IMG/VR virus record: IMGVR_UViG_3300034062_004791
Coordinates: 1-58,867 of that record
From: a virus
Lineage: Duplodnaviria; Caudoviricetes
Length of the DNA: 58,867 nucleotides
Strand: one strand, 5' to 3'
Both the position numbers and the translations under genes were made by a program. The notes below the pieces were generated by a model, which saw only the letters and a program-made list of their open reading frames with translations, searched no databases and had not been told where the DNA came from. Positions 17,320 to 26,059 of the stretch are shown piece by piece. Numbering within the stretch: the first letter of the stretch is position 1; each line of letters opens with the position of its first letter.

Positions 17320-17556
17320 AACAGGAGACGAAATTCTCCTCTTTAGAGAATAAGATGTATTACTAAAAGATTCCAGAAATGGCTCTTTCATTAATGCTTC
17401 TCCTCTAATTGGGTAACATAATCCAATTCTAAGAGAAATAATCTCAGACGACTCATTTGCAGCCGCCTGTAGAGCCGACTCGTCTGACATTATGTCAGTA
17501 AGGAATTAGATTGTGTTACTAACAAACCACCCTTTCTTTCCTTAGGAGAAAAACAA
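17312..17556 (+). promoter_or_regulatory. Late promoter plus long structured 5' leader of the plus-strand cassette
   Basis: CTAAATA at 17312-17318; about 240 nt non-coding with several hairpins; AGGAG RBS. Confidence 0.6.
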
Positions 17557-18351
17557 ATGCCAGACACAGTTTATGCACCAGATCCCTGGTCTATTCTTGC
17601 CGGTCAGCACTCAGACATTCGTAGAGAAGGTTCTGTAGAGCGCGGCGAAATCCGTTATGATGTTGCTACTCGCGCAGCCGATAACCGTTATGCTACTGCA
17701 GTCGGTCAAGGCGAAATCAAGTATGCAATTGCCGAGCACTCTGAATCAACCAACCGCGATATTTTAACCACTGGTTATCATACTCAGGTAAAGGTTGATG
17801 AGGCCGCTGATAAGATTCAGCAAAGAGCCACTGATTTCTATCTTGCTGGTCAGGCAAGAGATTTTGATGCGGCTCGTGATGTTGCTGCCCTAAAGGCAAG
17901 TACAGACATGGCAACCCAAAAACTCAGCACCGAGATTCTTCTCACTGCTGAAAGGGGAGCCACTGCTACTGCTCTTGAGTCCGCTAAAGTTGCCGCTGCT
18001 GTTGCCCTAGGTCAATCTCAACTCAGCAAGGAAATTGCCGAGAGCAAGTTTGAGCTTAGCAAGCAGGTCGGTTATGAAAACGAGAAGACCCGTGACCTCA
18101 TCAATTCTCTCAAGAATGATGAACTCAATCGTCTTCTTATTGAGCGCAACACTGATCTTCAACATTGCCGCCACGACTATTGGGGTGCCAGAGATGGTCT
18201 CGTCAATACTCAATTTGCGGCCCTGTCTTCCCAGGTTAACTCTCAGCTAAATGCCCTAAACAGCCAAATTGCTGAGACCCGTCAAGGTATGGTTAACTTC
18301 GGGACCATGGCCGGTGTTGGTCAGTCCTCAACCAGCAACGCTGTACGCTGA
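17557..18351 (+). CDS. Ala-rich coiled-coil protein, probably structural and highly expressed
   Basis: 264 aa, helical; strong RBS; own terminator; C-terminal SQIAETRQGMVNFGTMAGVGQ motif. Confidence 0.85.
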   Translation: MPDTVYAPDPWSILAGQHSDIRREGSVERGEIRYDVATRAADNRYATAVGQGEIKYAIAEHSESTNRDILTTGYHTQVKVDEAADKIQQRATDFYLAGQARDFDAARDVAALKASTDMATQKLSTEILLTAERGATATALESAKVAAAVALGQSQLSKEIAESKFELSKQVGYENEKTRDLINSLKNDELNRLLIERNTDLQHCRHDYWGARDGLVNTQFAALSSQVNSQLNALNSQIAETRQGMVNFGTMAGVGQSSTSNAVR

Positions 18352-18370
18352 TTTAGTTCAGTAGTTATCT

Positions 18371-18395
18371 GGGGGAGTTACCTCCCCCTTTTTTT
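18371..18395 (+). terminator. Intra-operon rho-independent terminator
   Basis: GGGGGAG-TTAC-CTCCCCC-T7, immediately followed by the RBS of the next gene. Confidence 0.9.
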
Positions 18396-18411
18396 AAAAA
18401 GGAGAATAACT

Positions 18412-18957
18412 ATGGACTCAGCAGAAAGAAAACTCATTGATCTTTATAATCTTCTGGCCCAATATCAAAGAAATAATGACCCGGCCCTAGAGGGGGTTAT
18501 TAATTCAACTCGATCTGAAATAACATCGATATTGAATGATCGTGGTAGTGGTAAAACCGTCATCAAAATTGATGATAGGGACACTATCAACCACTGCAAT
18601 GAAGGCCCTCCAGGACCACCAGGACCCCCAGGACCCCCAGGACCACCAGGGGAGCCAGGAGTGTGTACCTGTAAATGCAAAAGCATCCTGGTTTCAGATG
18701 ATTATGATGCTACTTGCGATGATTACTATATCGGTGTCAACAGCAACGAACCTGTTACTATTACATTACCTGAAGACTGCATCGACTGTTGTGAGATCAT
18801 TGTAAAGGCAGAAATGGGTCCACCACTCGGAAATCGTAAAGTCACCATTACGACTTCGGATGGCTCATTAATTGACGGTGATGATGAGTATGTTATTGAA
18901 GTACCTTATGATTCAATCAACATAATTTGTCGCGGCGGCGATTGGCACATTATTTAA
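18412..18957 (+). CDS. Cys-rich short-collagen protein with C-terminal beta domain
   Basis: (GPP)4-GEP-G followed by VCTCKC; DDYYIGVN..VTITLP...IDG...WHII domain of the type seen at phage fibre tips. Confidence 0.85.
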   Translation: MDSAERKLIDLYNLLAQYQRNNDPALEGVINSTRSEITSILNDRGSGKTVIKIDDRDTINHCNEGPPGPPGPPGPPGPPGEPGVCTCKCKSILVSDDYDATCDDYYIGVNSNEPVTITLPEDCIDCCEIIVKAEMGPPLGNRKVTITTSDGSLIDGDDEYVIEVPYDSINIICRGGDWHII

Positions 18958-18966
18958 TTTAGAACC

Positions 18967-19764
18967 ATGAAATTTAATATTAAATCATCTCAAATTGACA
19001 CTAGAGATTTTATTTACAGAAACGATAGCACAGAGGTCTTGCGGGAATCCGTAGATCTCCGTGAATGGGATACAATTGTCGAATCGCAAGAAGATTTAGG
19101 TAGTTGCGCCGCCAATGCAATAACAAATGCCTATGAACTTTGCGTTAATCGAAATTATCCTGAACAGTTTACTCATCTAAGTAGATTATTTGTTTATTAT
19201 AATACACGCCTTGAGCACGGAATAATCGAAGAAGACGAGGGAATGTTTCTTAGGGATGGTATGAAATCATTATCCAAATATGGAGTGTGTTGTGAAAAAT
19301 TATGGCCTTATGGTATAGACAAATTTAACATAAAACCAAGTGAAGAGGCATATGAGGACGGTATAAAAAGAAAAATTCTTAATTACCAAAAACTCATAAG
19401 CACCTATTATATTGCCCAGGTGATAAACAACAACAAACCAGTTGTATTTGGAATGACCATTTATGAAAGTTTTATGGATCTAAATGAGCGTATTTCTACT
19501 GTTACTTTTCCTTCTAGAAAGGAAAGAAATCTTGGAGGCCATGCTATGTGCATGGTTGGTTATGATTTAAATAAGAGACTATTTTTGGCAAAGAATAGTT
19601 TTGGGTCTGATTGGGGAGACAACGGCTATTGTTGGATTCCTTTTGATTATATTGAGAAAGAGGCATACGACATTTGGACATTTGAAATCCCACCCCAAGC
19701 AGGAGAACTCAATGTACTACCCCTACCCATACTATCCGTACCACAGGCGGAGATATTGTTATGA
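18967..19764 (+). CDS. Papain-family (C1A) cysteine protease
   Basis: VDLREW, QEDLGSCAANA, GGHAMCMVGY and KNSFGSDWGDNGYCW; catalytic Q/C/H/N all present. Confidence 0.93.
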   Translation: MKFNIKSSQIDTRDFIYRNDSTEVLRESVDLREWDTIVESQEDLGSCAANAITNAYELCVNRNYPEQFTHLSRLFVYYNTRLEHGIIEEDEGMFLRDGMKSLSKYGVCCEKLWPYGIDKFNIKPSEEAYEDGIKRKILNYQKLISTYYIAQVINNNKPVVFGMTIYESFMDLNERISTVTFPSRKERNLGGHAMCMVGYDLNKRLFLAKNSFGSDWGDNGYCWIPFDYIEKEAYDIWTFEIPPQAGELNVLPLPILSVPQAEILL

Positions 19765-19840
19765 GAACTATTATTGGAACAGGTGCTATCCATATTACAA
19801 CAGATGGTATCCATATTATTCCTACTACCCCTATTATTAA
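19712..19840 (+). CDS. Tyr-rich peptide (42 aa, 20 Tyr)
   Basis: MYYPYPYYPYHRRRYCYENYYWNRCYPYYNRWYPYYSYYPYY; AGGAG RBS lies inside the protease 3' end. Confidence 0.75.
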   Translation: MYYPYPYYPYHRRRYCYENYYWNRCYPYYNRWYPYYSYYPYY

Positions 19841-19852
19841 GGAGACTTAAAA

Positions 19853-20101
19853 ATGCATTATCGATTTAGACCTTATCCTTATTATAGGCGGTATTATAAT
19901 ATTGATCCATATTATTACAGGAGATATTATCCTTATAATGTGATTGATAGCCAAATTGCCAATATCGATCAAAACATGATCAATTTTGGTGATATGACAA
20001 ATGTTACCCAGGACGCGGACATTTACCAGTTGAGAAGTCCAGAAACAGAAAAAACCAATGAACCACCCGAAGAAGATGGATCATTGGTTGTGGCCACATA
20101 A
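19853..20101 (+). CDS. Tyr/Arg-rich protein carrying a motif shared with 17557..18351
   Basis: AGGAG RBS; Y/R/P N-terminus, then SQIANIDQNMINFGDMTNVTQ, then an acidic tail. Confidence 0.8.
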   Translation: MHYRFRPYPYYRRYYNIDPYYYRRYYPYNVIDSQIANIDQNMINFGDMTNVTQDADIYQLRSPETEKTNEPPEEDGSLVVAT

Positions 20102-20116
20102 TTTACCAGGCGGTGT

Positions 20117-20401
20117 TTACCCATCGCCTTCTTCTTTTGTAATGCAATCAGACTGAAAAATCTTTTCTAGTTCTTTAAGTTCCTTGGGTGCAACCGCGAC
20201 CCATTCTTTTTTAATGTCTAGAAAAGTCTCCCAAATCGGAACACCATCAGATTCCATTCTTCGGTAAAAAACTCCTTTATAAGGTGCGAAATATTGACCC
20301 GTGAAGTTCCTAGAAATTTCTAGTTTTGGGGTTTTTAGATCATCTAGAGTTTGTTGGAGAGTGTTAATTTGGTTTTGTATTTCTTCGATAGTTAGTGACA
20401 T
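20117..20401 (-). CDS. Hypothetical protein
   Basis: Short coiled-coil N-terminus. Confidence 0.7.
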   Translation of the reverse strand: MSLTIEEIQNQINTLQQTLDDLKTPKLEISRNFTGQYFAPYKGVFYRRMESDGVPIWETFLDIKKEWVAVAPKELKELEKIFQSDCITKEEGDG

Positions 20402-20404
20402 GAT

Positions 20405-20800
20405 TTAGTTTTTATAAGAAATATTTTCGTTAAAAAGTTCTACTAGATCCTGGAAATAATATTCGACTTCTTCAGGATTTCTTTTTCCTAGTTCCCAGGC
20501 CTTATCAAAAATCCTGTTTGCCTTTGGGTGATTGACCATATTGTATTCTGCAATCAGGTCAGTTTGGAATTCATTTTTTAGTTTATCTTGTTCTTCATAA
20601 TAATGCTTTAGGTGGGCATTATATGATACTTCGTCAAGGACTTTTTCTTCTACACAGTTCTTTGGGGGGTTGAAATCATCATCAATTTTTCCAACTTTCA
20701 TTCCTACCATCACCCCTTTGCGATAGTAATAAATGGTCATGTAGTCATCCTTTTTAGGGATTGATACCGATGTTGTTTGATAATAAGCAAGTGGTTTCAT
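20405..20800 (-). CDS. Conserved phage hypothetical protein
   Basis: HPKANRIFDKAWELG motif; TATAAT upstream. Confidence 0.75.
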   Translation of the reverse strand: MKPLAYYQTTSVSIPKKDDYMTIYYYRKGVMVGMKVGKIDDDFNPPKNCVEEKVLDEVSYNAHLKHYYEEQDKLKNEFQTDLIAEYNMVNHPKANRIFDKAWELGKRNPEEVEYYFQDLVELFNENISYKN

Positions 20801-21053
20801 AATGTCTTTGCAAGGGTCAACTGGACTTTGACTGTCCTGTGACTATTATAGGGTAAATGGCGGGGATTTAAAGGGGTGATGCGGATGTGATGCAGATTAT
20901 CTATTTTTAATAATCACCGGACAAGATTTAACAACTTTCTGAATTTCTTCCATTATTTCCTGTTTCTGCGTCTGAGTCAGATTGGGATTAGTTATCAGTC
21001 GGTGATAAAGCCCAACAACCTGATTACAGGTGAGAAGTGTTAGAAGAAGTAAA

Positions 21054-21461
21054 TTAAACATTGAGAATTTCTTTTAGCTGCTGTTCTATTTGGCCATTTT
21101 GAAAGCCAAGTTCTCTTTTTTTGTTTTCTACTACCTCGTTCAGACGATAAACAGTTTTTCGGTCTGGGAGTTTTTCGCCCAGAATAAAGTTAAGTTTTTT
21201 ATAATTCTCCCAGTCTTTGACTGTTAAATTTGAATGGTCACATGCCACATATCCATAGCAATAAGGATAGTTTGCAATCCATAAACAAAGCCTATTATAA
21301 GTTGGATGTTCAAGAACACAACAATATTTGTTAAGAATTAAAATATCTGTTTCTGGGTCATCTAGATATTGATTGATGATTTTAGAAAGTTCTGGAGAAG
21401 TCTCACGATTTCTGATAAGAGACGCGAAGAAATAATTAAATTTTTTGAGTAGAGTGTTCAT
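21054..21461 (-). CDS. Hypothetical protein
   Basis: LWIANYPYCYG motif. Confidence 0.7.
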   Translation of the reverse strand: MNTLLKKFNYFFASLIRNRETSPELSKIINQYLDDPETDILILNKYCCVLEHPTYNRLCLWIANYPYCYGYVACDHSNLTVKDWENYKKLNFILGEKLPDRKTVYRLNEVVENKKRELGFQNGQIEQQLKEILNV

Positions 21462-21658
21462 ATTCTATAAACGGGAATAATGTTAATGGTGTGGCAATGT
21501 GGACAAAGAAGACCAGGCTCATCAACCATTGGAATTCTTTGTTTAAATGTCAGATTACATTCACCACAAGTAATACTCCAAAGTGGCGTAAGACCAATGA
21601 GTTGAAGAGGAGTAAAATTCAGACCTGATGCTGAGTGACAGCGAACTTTTTTGTACAT
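21458..21658 (-). CDS. Zn-ribbon protein
   Basis: CGEC...CPHC. Confidence 0.7.
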   Translation of the reverse strand: MYKKVRCHSASGLNFTPLQLIGLTPLWSITCGECNLTFKQRIPMVDEPGLLCPHCHTINIIPVYRI

Positions 21659-21661
21659 AAT

Positions 21662-22045
21662 TTAGAGAGCGAGTGTACATTCTTCTGGTGGATTCCAAAT
21701 AAAAAAGCAAATTAACTTTTGTTTTCCGATTCCACCTCTTTCGGAGTAACCTTCTTCTATTTCTTTGTCCCAACCATTCTTTTTGGCCTGGCTTACTGAT
21801 GGGAACAAACCAATTTCCTTGGCAATGTGGGCCATTGACCAATTGGGTTGAATGGCAATAGCGGTTTCCCAACTCATGCCTACAGAATTGGCGCTTTCTT
21901 CAGAGACTCCTTCTCTGATAAAATCAAACACTTTTTGATTTGGTCCAGAAAAGGCTTCTGGTGGGAAGTCTTTGATTCTTATCCATAATGGGAGGTGGGC
22001 CATAACAAGGTTTAATGGTTTACAAACCGTTGAATCTCGGCCCAT
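21662..22045 (-). CDS. Protein with S4-like RNA-binding motif
   Basis: MAHIAKEIGLFPSVSQAKKNG resembles the S4/TyrRS C-terminal helix motif; start uncertain. Confidence 0.55.
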   Translation of the reverse strand: MGRDSTVCKPLNLVMAHLPLWIRIKDFPPEAFSGPNQKVFDFIREGVSEESANSVGMSWETAIAIQPNWSMAHIAKEIGLFPSVSQAKKNGWDKEIEEGYSERGGIGKQKLICFFIWNPPEECTLAL

Positions 22046-22692
22046 TCAGCATCAGTGTATTCAGATTCACCAGAAACAATTTGATTGCTACGAGCACAAG
22101 ATAAAATTTCCTCGTTATAATTTTCTACAGCTGCACGCAATTTAAGTGCAACCTCTGAAAATTGGTCCGGGCCAACTGGTCGGATTTTTCCATTTAGTCC
22201 CATACCTCCGACAAGAGATAGAGCCAAATCGGCCATTTTTCCGGCCTTATAAAGTAGTTCTTTATTGTCCATTAATTCTGCTCACTCGTTAGGTTGATAA
22301 GTACTAGTAGATCGCTGCTTTACCCAGGCGATTGCTTCACCAAGGGTTGTGGCTCCTGACAAGCGAACATCTTGGTGGCCTGATGATAGCCAGAATTGAC
22401 CATTAGGGTCTCTGAATCCAGTTTCAACATCACGATAGCCAAATCCAGTCATGCGGTCCAAAACCGTCAAAGAGCCGATGTCTGTATGCAAAGCCCATTG
22501 ACGATTGGTGTCAAACTGATCAGGGACGGGCTCAAGTATGGATGGGTCAAAATGAGTATCAAGCGTTGTGCCAACCCAAAAAGGCTTTCCACTTTCGGGG
22601 TGAATTTGTCTTTTCATGGTAATCAGTTTTTCACTTGTGTTGTCTACTCTCATACAATAACCCATAATTGCCATCAATCCCATACCGAGTGG

Positions 22693-23097
22693 TCAGTTTA
22701 TGGACTGTCTACTGACTTGCTCATAATCCTGAAGAGCCCCATTTACAAAGTGTAGTTTCAGTCTTGGCCAGTCTTCCCATTTCCCTTTCCAATTTGAAGG
22801 ATAAACCACAATGTATTTTGTGATAAGGTAAATTCTATATTTTCCACGTTTTCCGGTTGGTATCCATTCAAAATTCAGAAATAGTCTGTCTTTTTTATAA
22901 CGAGGGTCATCTTCTTTAATTTCTTCAAAGGTTGAAGTGCCAGTATAATCGGGATACCATAATCTACCAGCCGGGTCAATCCAAAAATAGGTCATAGTCC
23001 CACTATAACCCTCTTCAATGTCTTTTGTTTGTAATTCGGTGTCCGTGAAGTGTTCTCCTAAATTATAAGAAGAGCGGACGTAATCAAAAAGTCCGAT
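22693..23097 (-). CDS. Conserved phage hypothetical protein with an apparent ATC start
   Basis: Frame is open from ATC (23097-23095): (I/M)GLFDYVRSSYNLGEHFTDTELQTKDIEEGYSGTMTYFWIDPAG; GAGGAGG lies 8 nt upstream. Confidence 0.7.
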   Translation of the reverse strand: MGLFDYVRSSYNLGEHFTDTELQTKDIEEGYSGTMTYFWIDPAGRLWYPDYTGTSTFEEIKEDDPRYKKDRLFLNFEWIPTGKRGKYRIYLITKYIVVYPSNWKGKWEDWPRLKLHFVNGALQDYEQVSRQSIN

Positions 23098-23100
23098 TGG

Positions 23101-23601
23101 TCATTCCTCCTCAGTCACTATATATTCGCATTTATACCCCTTTGTTTTTTCACCACGATTACAACAAACCCAAATTCTACTTTGATTTAACCCAAGTTGT
23201 CTTGAAAGCGGTCGTTGTCTACCAATAAAAACTTCACCAGTTTCCAAATGAGTTAATTTAACCATAACATCATTAAAGTTATTTGTCCCATGTCGTATTT
23301 TATCAAAAATATTATCTGATTGAGTTCCCTATTGTAAATTAGATAAGTTATCATCTTGAGCATTTCCGTTTAAATGCCTAACAACCATTTTATGTGGTCT
23401 TGGGGATACAAAACTTTCTAAAACGAGTGTAGAGATTGTTTTCTGGACTGCTTTGCCATTTTTATATAATACTACACACCTATAATTCATAGGTGTTTTA
23501 TACCTAATTTTTAAAATGCGATTTTTTTTATTTTTAACTCTTCCCATATTAGAAATTTTATAAAGTCCTTCATAATTTAAAACTGGTTTCCATTTTTCCA
23601 T
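23101..23601 (-). pseudogene. NUMOD4-HNH homing endonuclease interrupted by an in-frame TAG
   Basis: EKWKPVLNYEGLYKISNMGRVK (NUMOD4), then VRHLNGNAQDDNLSNLQ*GTQSDNIFDKIRHG; the frame continues 75 codons to TGA at 23101. Confidence 0.85.
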
Positions 23602-23604
23602 TTT

Positions 23605-24207
23605 TTATTTTACATATTTCATAAGTTCCTTATAATTCTCAAACATTTTCTGACGTTGAAGGAAATAAAAGAAAAATCTAAGGGTATTTAGAGAATCGTA
23701 TTCAGCATTATGTGATTGACCAATAAAATCTAGACCATAAGAAATCATTGATTTTCTAAGGCCACCGGAAGGAGTTTTGCCACGAACCATTTGATTGAAG
23801 ACGTATAGAGTTTTTACATCTATTACTCTGCGACCAAAATATGGAAAATGAATTCCTCTTTCTCTGAATTCATCCTTGAGTTCGGTTGCATCCGAAAACT
23901 TATTATTACCTCCCCAAACCAAGGGATTTGTAAATACTTGATTTTGTGTAAGAATATCCCCGAGTTCTTGGGCTACTGTTTTGTGGTCTACAGACTTTTC
24001 TTGGATAATTTCGTCAGTAATCCCGGTAAGTTGGGTGATAAATGGTGTAATATTTTCTTCAGGGTCAAGATACCAAGAGTATGTCTCGATTTCCTCGGGT
24101 CTTATTGGGCTCCCCCAGGCAACGCCAACCTGAATAATTCGTGGAGTAGTTCCATCATTTTTATTGTTAAGTTCAAGATCAATTGCTAGGTAGTTTTGGT
24201 CTCTCAT
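23605..24207 (-). CDS. DEDDh 3'-5' exonuclease (DnaQ/RNase T-like)
   Basis: AIDLE, ITQLTGIT and HNAEYD motifs. Confidence 0.9.
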   Translation of the reverse strand: MRDQNYLAIDLELNNKNDGTTPRIIQVGVAWGSPIRPEEIETYSWYLDPEENITPFITQLTGITDEIIQEKSVDHKTVAQELGDILTQNQVFTNPLVWGGNNKFSDATELKDEFRERGIHFPYFGRRVIDVKTLYVFNQMVRGKTPSGGLRKSMISYGLDFIGQSHNAEYDSLNTLRFFFYFLQRQKMFENYKELMKYVK

Positions 24208-24474
24208 TTTACTGATAAGGATTCCTCAATTCTTTAAATATTGCCTCAAAAAAAGCAACCCTGTCTTTTGTGTACTCAGCGTCAACACCATTTTCTTTAC
24301 AAAACATAATGATGCATTTATTAACATCTAATTGATAATCAGATTCAAACCTAGAATATTTAATGTGCTCTAAAAGCTCTAGACACATAATCTCAAACAA
24401 CTGAAACAGTTGTTGTTGAGAAAGTTCTACTTCTCTTTCGGTTTGCTGATGTGCATTAAATTTGATTTTCATTT

Positions 24475-24837
24475 TTATTGTACCTCAATTTCAAGAATTA
24501 GCCATTTACCAACATTATTATTCAGTTCACAAAGCAAATCGTGACCACCAATCTTCAATTCTTCATCAGTCCACAAATAACCAGTATATTCACTATAATG
24601 AGAACCAAACTGAACATCACCAATACCCATCACGGTTAGAATAGTTGCTTCAATCACTTCGTCCCGAGTGCAGGGTTTATCACTCACCCAGTAACGTACC
24701 GTGACTTTTTTGTTATGAATCCATCCCAATTCTTCAGCAAGAGGGTCGCTCAAACTAGAAAGAAACAAAACATCACATGCTTCACCATAATTGTGAAGAC
24801 AAAGCAAGCCTTCATAAGTCTTTGAGGTGAGAGTCAC
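24475..24837 (-). CDS. Conserved phage hypothetical protein
   Basis: HYSEYTGYLWTDE...IGGHDL. Confidence 0.75.
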   Translation of the reverse strand: MTLTSKTYEGLLCLHNYGEACDVLFLSSLSDPLAEELGWIHNKKVTVRYWVSDKPCTRDEVIEATILTVMGIGDVQFGSHYSEYTGYLWTDEELKIGGHDLLCELNNNVGKWLILEIEVQ

Positions 24838-25037
24838 TTGTTCATCTCCGCAATAACAGCAACAATAGCAATAATCAGAATGATTGCAAATACAAAACTA
24901 GCACTAATCCAAATCGGTGAGAGTACCCAAACCCAAGACCAATTAATATACCCGGTCAGTTTAAGACCGATAAACAGCACAGTCAAAAGACCAGGAAATC
25001 CGATTCCACTAGAAGATGAAGAAGAATTGTTAGACAT
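24834..25037 (-). CDS. Small membrane protein (LKLxGxIxWSWxWVLxPxW family)
   Basis: Characteristic phage TM motif. Confidence 0.8.
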   Translation of the reverse strand: MSNNSSSSSSGIGFPGLLTVLFIGLKLTGYINWSWVWVLSPIWISASFVFAIILIIAIVAVIAEMNK

Positions 25038-25063
25038 TGATTAAAACTCCGTTGTTGACAAAT

Positions 25064-25122
25064 GTATTATAGCCTAAATTAGATGGGTTGTTGTTTTGTT
25101 GGGTCAGTTTTCTAACTGACCC
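25064..25122 (-). promoter_or_regulatory. Early promoter element (perfect palindrome copy)
   Basis: GGGTCAGTT-ttct-AACTGACCC at 25101-25122; TATAAT at 25066-25071. Confidence 0.85.
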
Positions 25123-25600
25123 TCAAGGTCGTCCATAAAGCGCCCAAAGATACTCTTTTACTTCTCTAATAGAGCCAAATGGACCCATAATTTCATCGTC
25201 AAATGGGTAACTTGTTTGTGAGTAAAATTCATAATCTTCCCCCTCAAGAATATCAGCAGAAAGTAGGTTGCCGGTATAAGGGCAAGGAATTGCAACAAAT
25301 GAAATTTTTTGCATTTTGTGTTTTGTGTATACAGTCATTATAAAGCATCTAAATCCCTACGACGATGGACCTCGGACACTTTCTGAACCGTCCTATCACC
25401 TTGTTGCTCAATCAGGTCTGCGAGTTGTTTAAGTTCTTCTACTGGGATGCTTTCTTTTAGATTATACTTTCGGGCGAATGCATAGATGGCTGCTCTAATG
25501 GCCGTTGCTTCTAAATGTTCCATACTAGTAATAGAACCCCACGGAGAAGCCGCGCATTCTTGATTATAAAATTCGTTGAACCTATCAATTAATCGCATAA

Positions 25601-26059
25601 TCATCCATAGTTAAAGTGTACTTGTGTCTCCCATATAGTCAGACTTCTATCTTGGAGTTTATGAGCAACAACATTTGGAAGAAATCTAGAATATTTGTCT
25701 AGAAACTCTCTTTCATAAAGTTCTTCGGTTCCGGGTAGATAGAAATCATTTCCTACAAATTGTTGCCATCGTTTTTGATAATATTCGGTTGAATCATTGC
25801 GACTGATTTGTAGAAAAATAGTCCGGCCTTCACCACTCGCCGTATAATCAATTACTCGGTAGTTGTAGTAGTTTTTTTGAAATTCTTCAGGAAAAAATCC
25901 ATCTGAGATATGTCCAAATTGTTCTTTGACATTTATTTTGGATATTTTGATATTCGCTTCTCTGAGACGTTTGTTTTCTTCTCTAAGACGTTCAGTTTCT
26001 TCTCTAATGCGTTCGGTGTCTTTTCGCATTGGTTCTAGCCAGGAATCATCAGTCATCAT
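25601..26059 (-). CDS. Hypothetical protein with N-terminal heptad repeat
   Basis: ERIREETERLREENKRLRE, similar to the N-terminus of 3695..3970. Confidence 0.7.
   Translation of the reverse strand: MMTDDSWLEPMRKDTERIREETERLREENKRLREANIKISKINVKEQFGHISDGFFPEEFQKNYYNYRVIDYTASGEGRTIFLQISRNDSTEYYQKRWQQFVGNDFYLPGTEELYEREFLDKYSRFLPNVVAHKLQDRSLTIWETQVHFNYG

Noticed and set aside
17440-17490. ZTP riboswitch in the cassette leader
   Set aside because: GCCGAC-TCGTCTG resembles the 3' end only; the conserved 5' part is not evident and the gene context is unrelated.
17290-18686. Minus-strand ORFs 17290..17490, 17717..17914, 18007..18213 and 18465..18686
   Set aside because: The latter three are shadows of plus-strand genes (GPG mirrors GPP). 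The first lacks an RBS and overlaps the structured leader, though it cannot be fully excluded.
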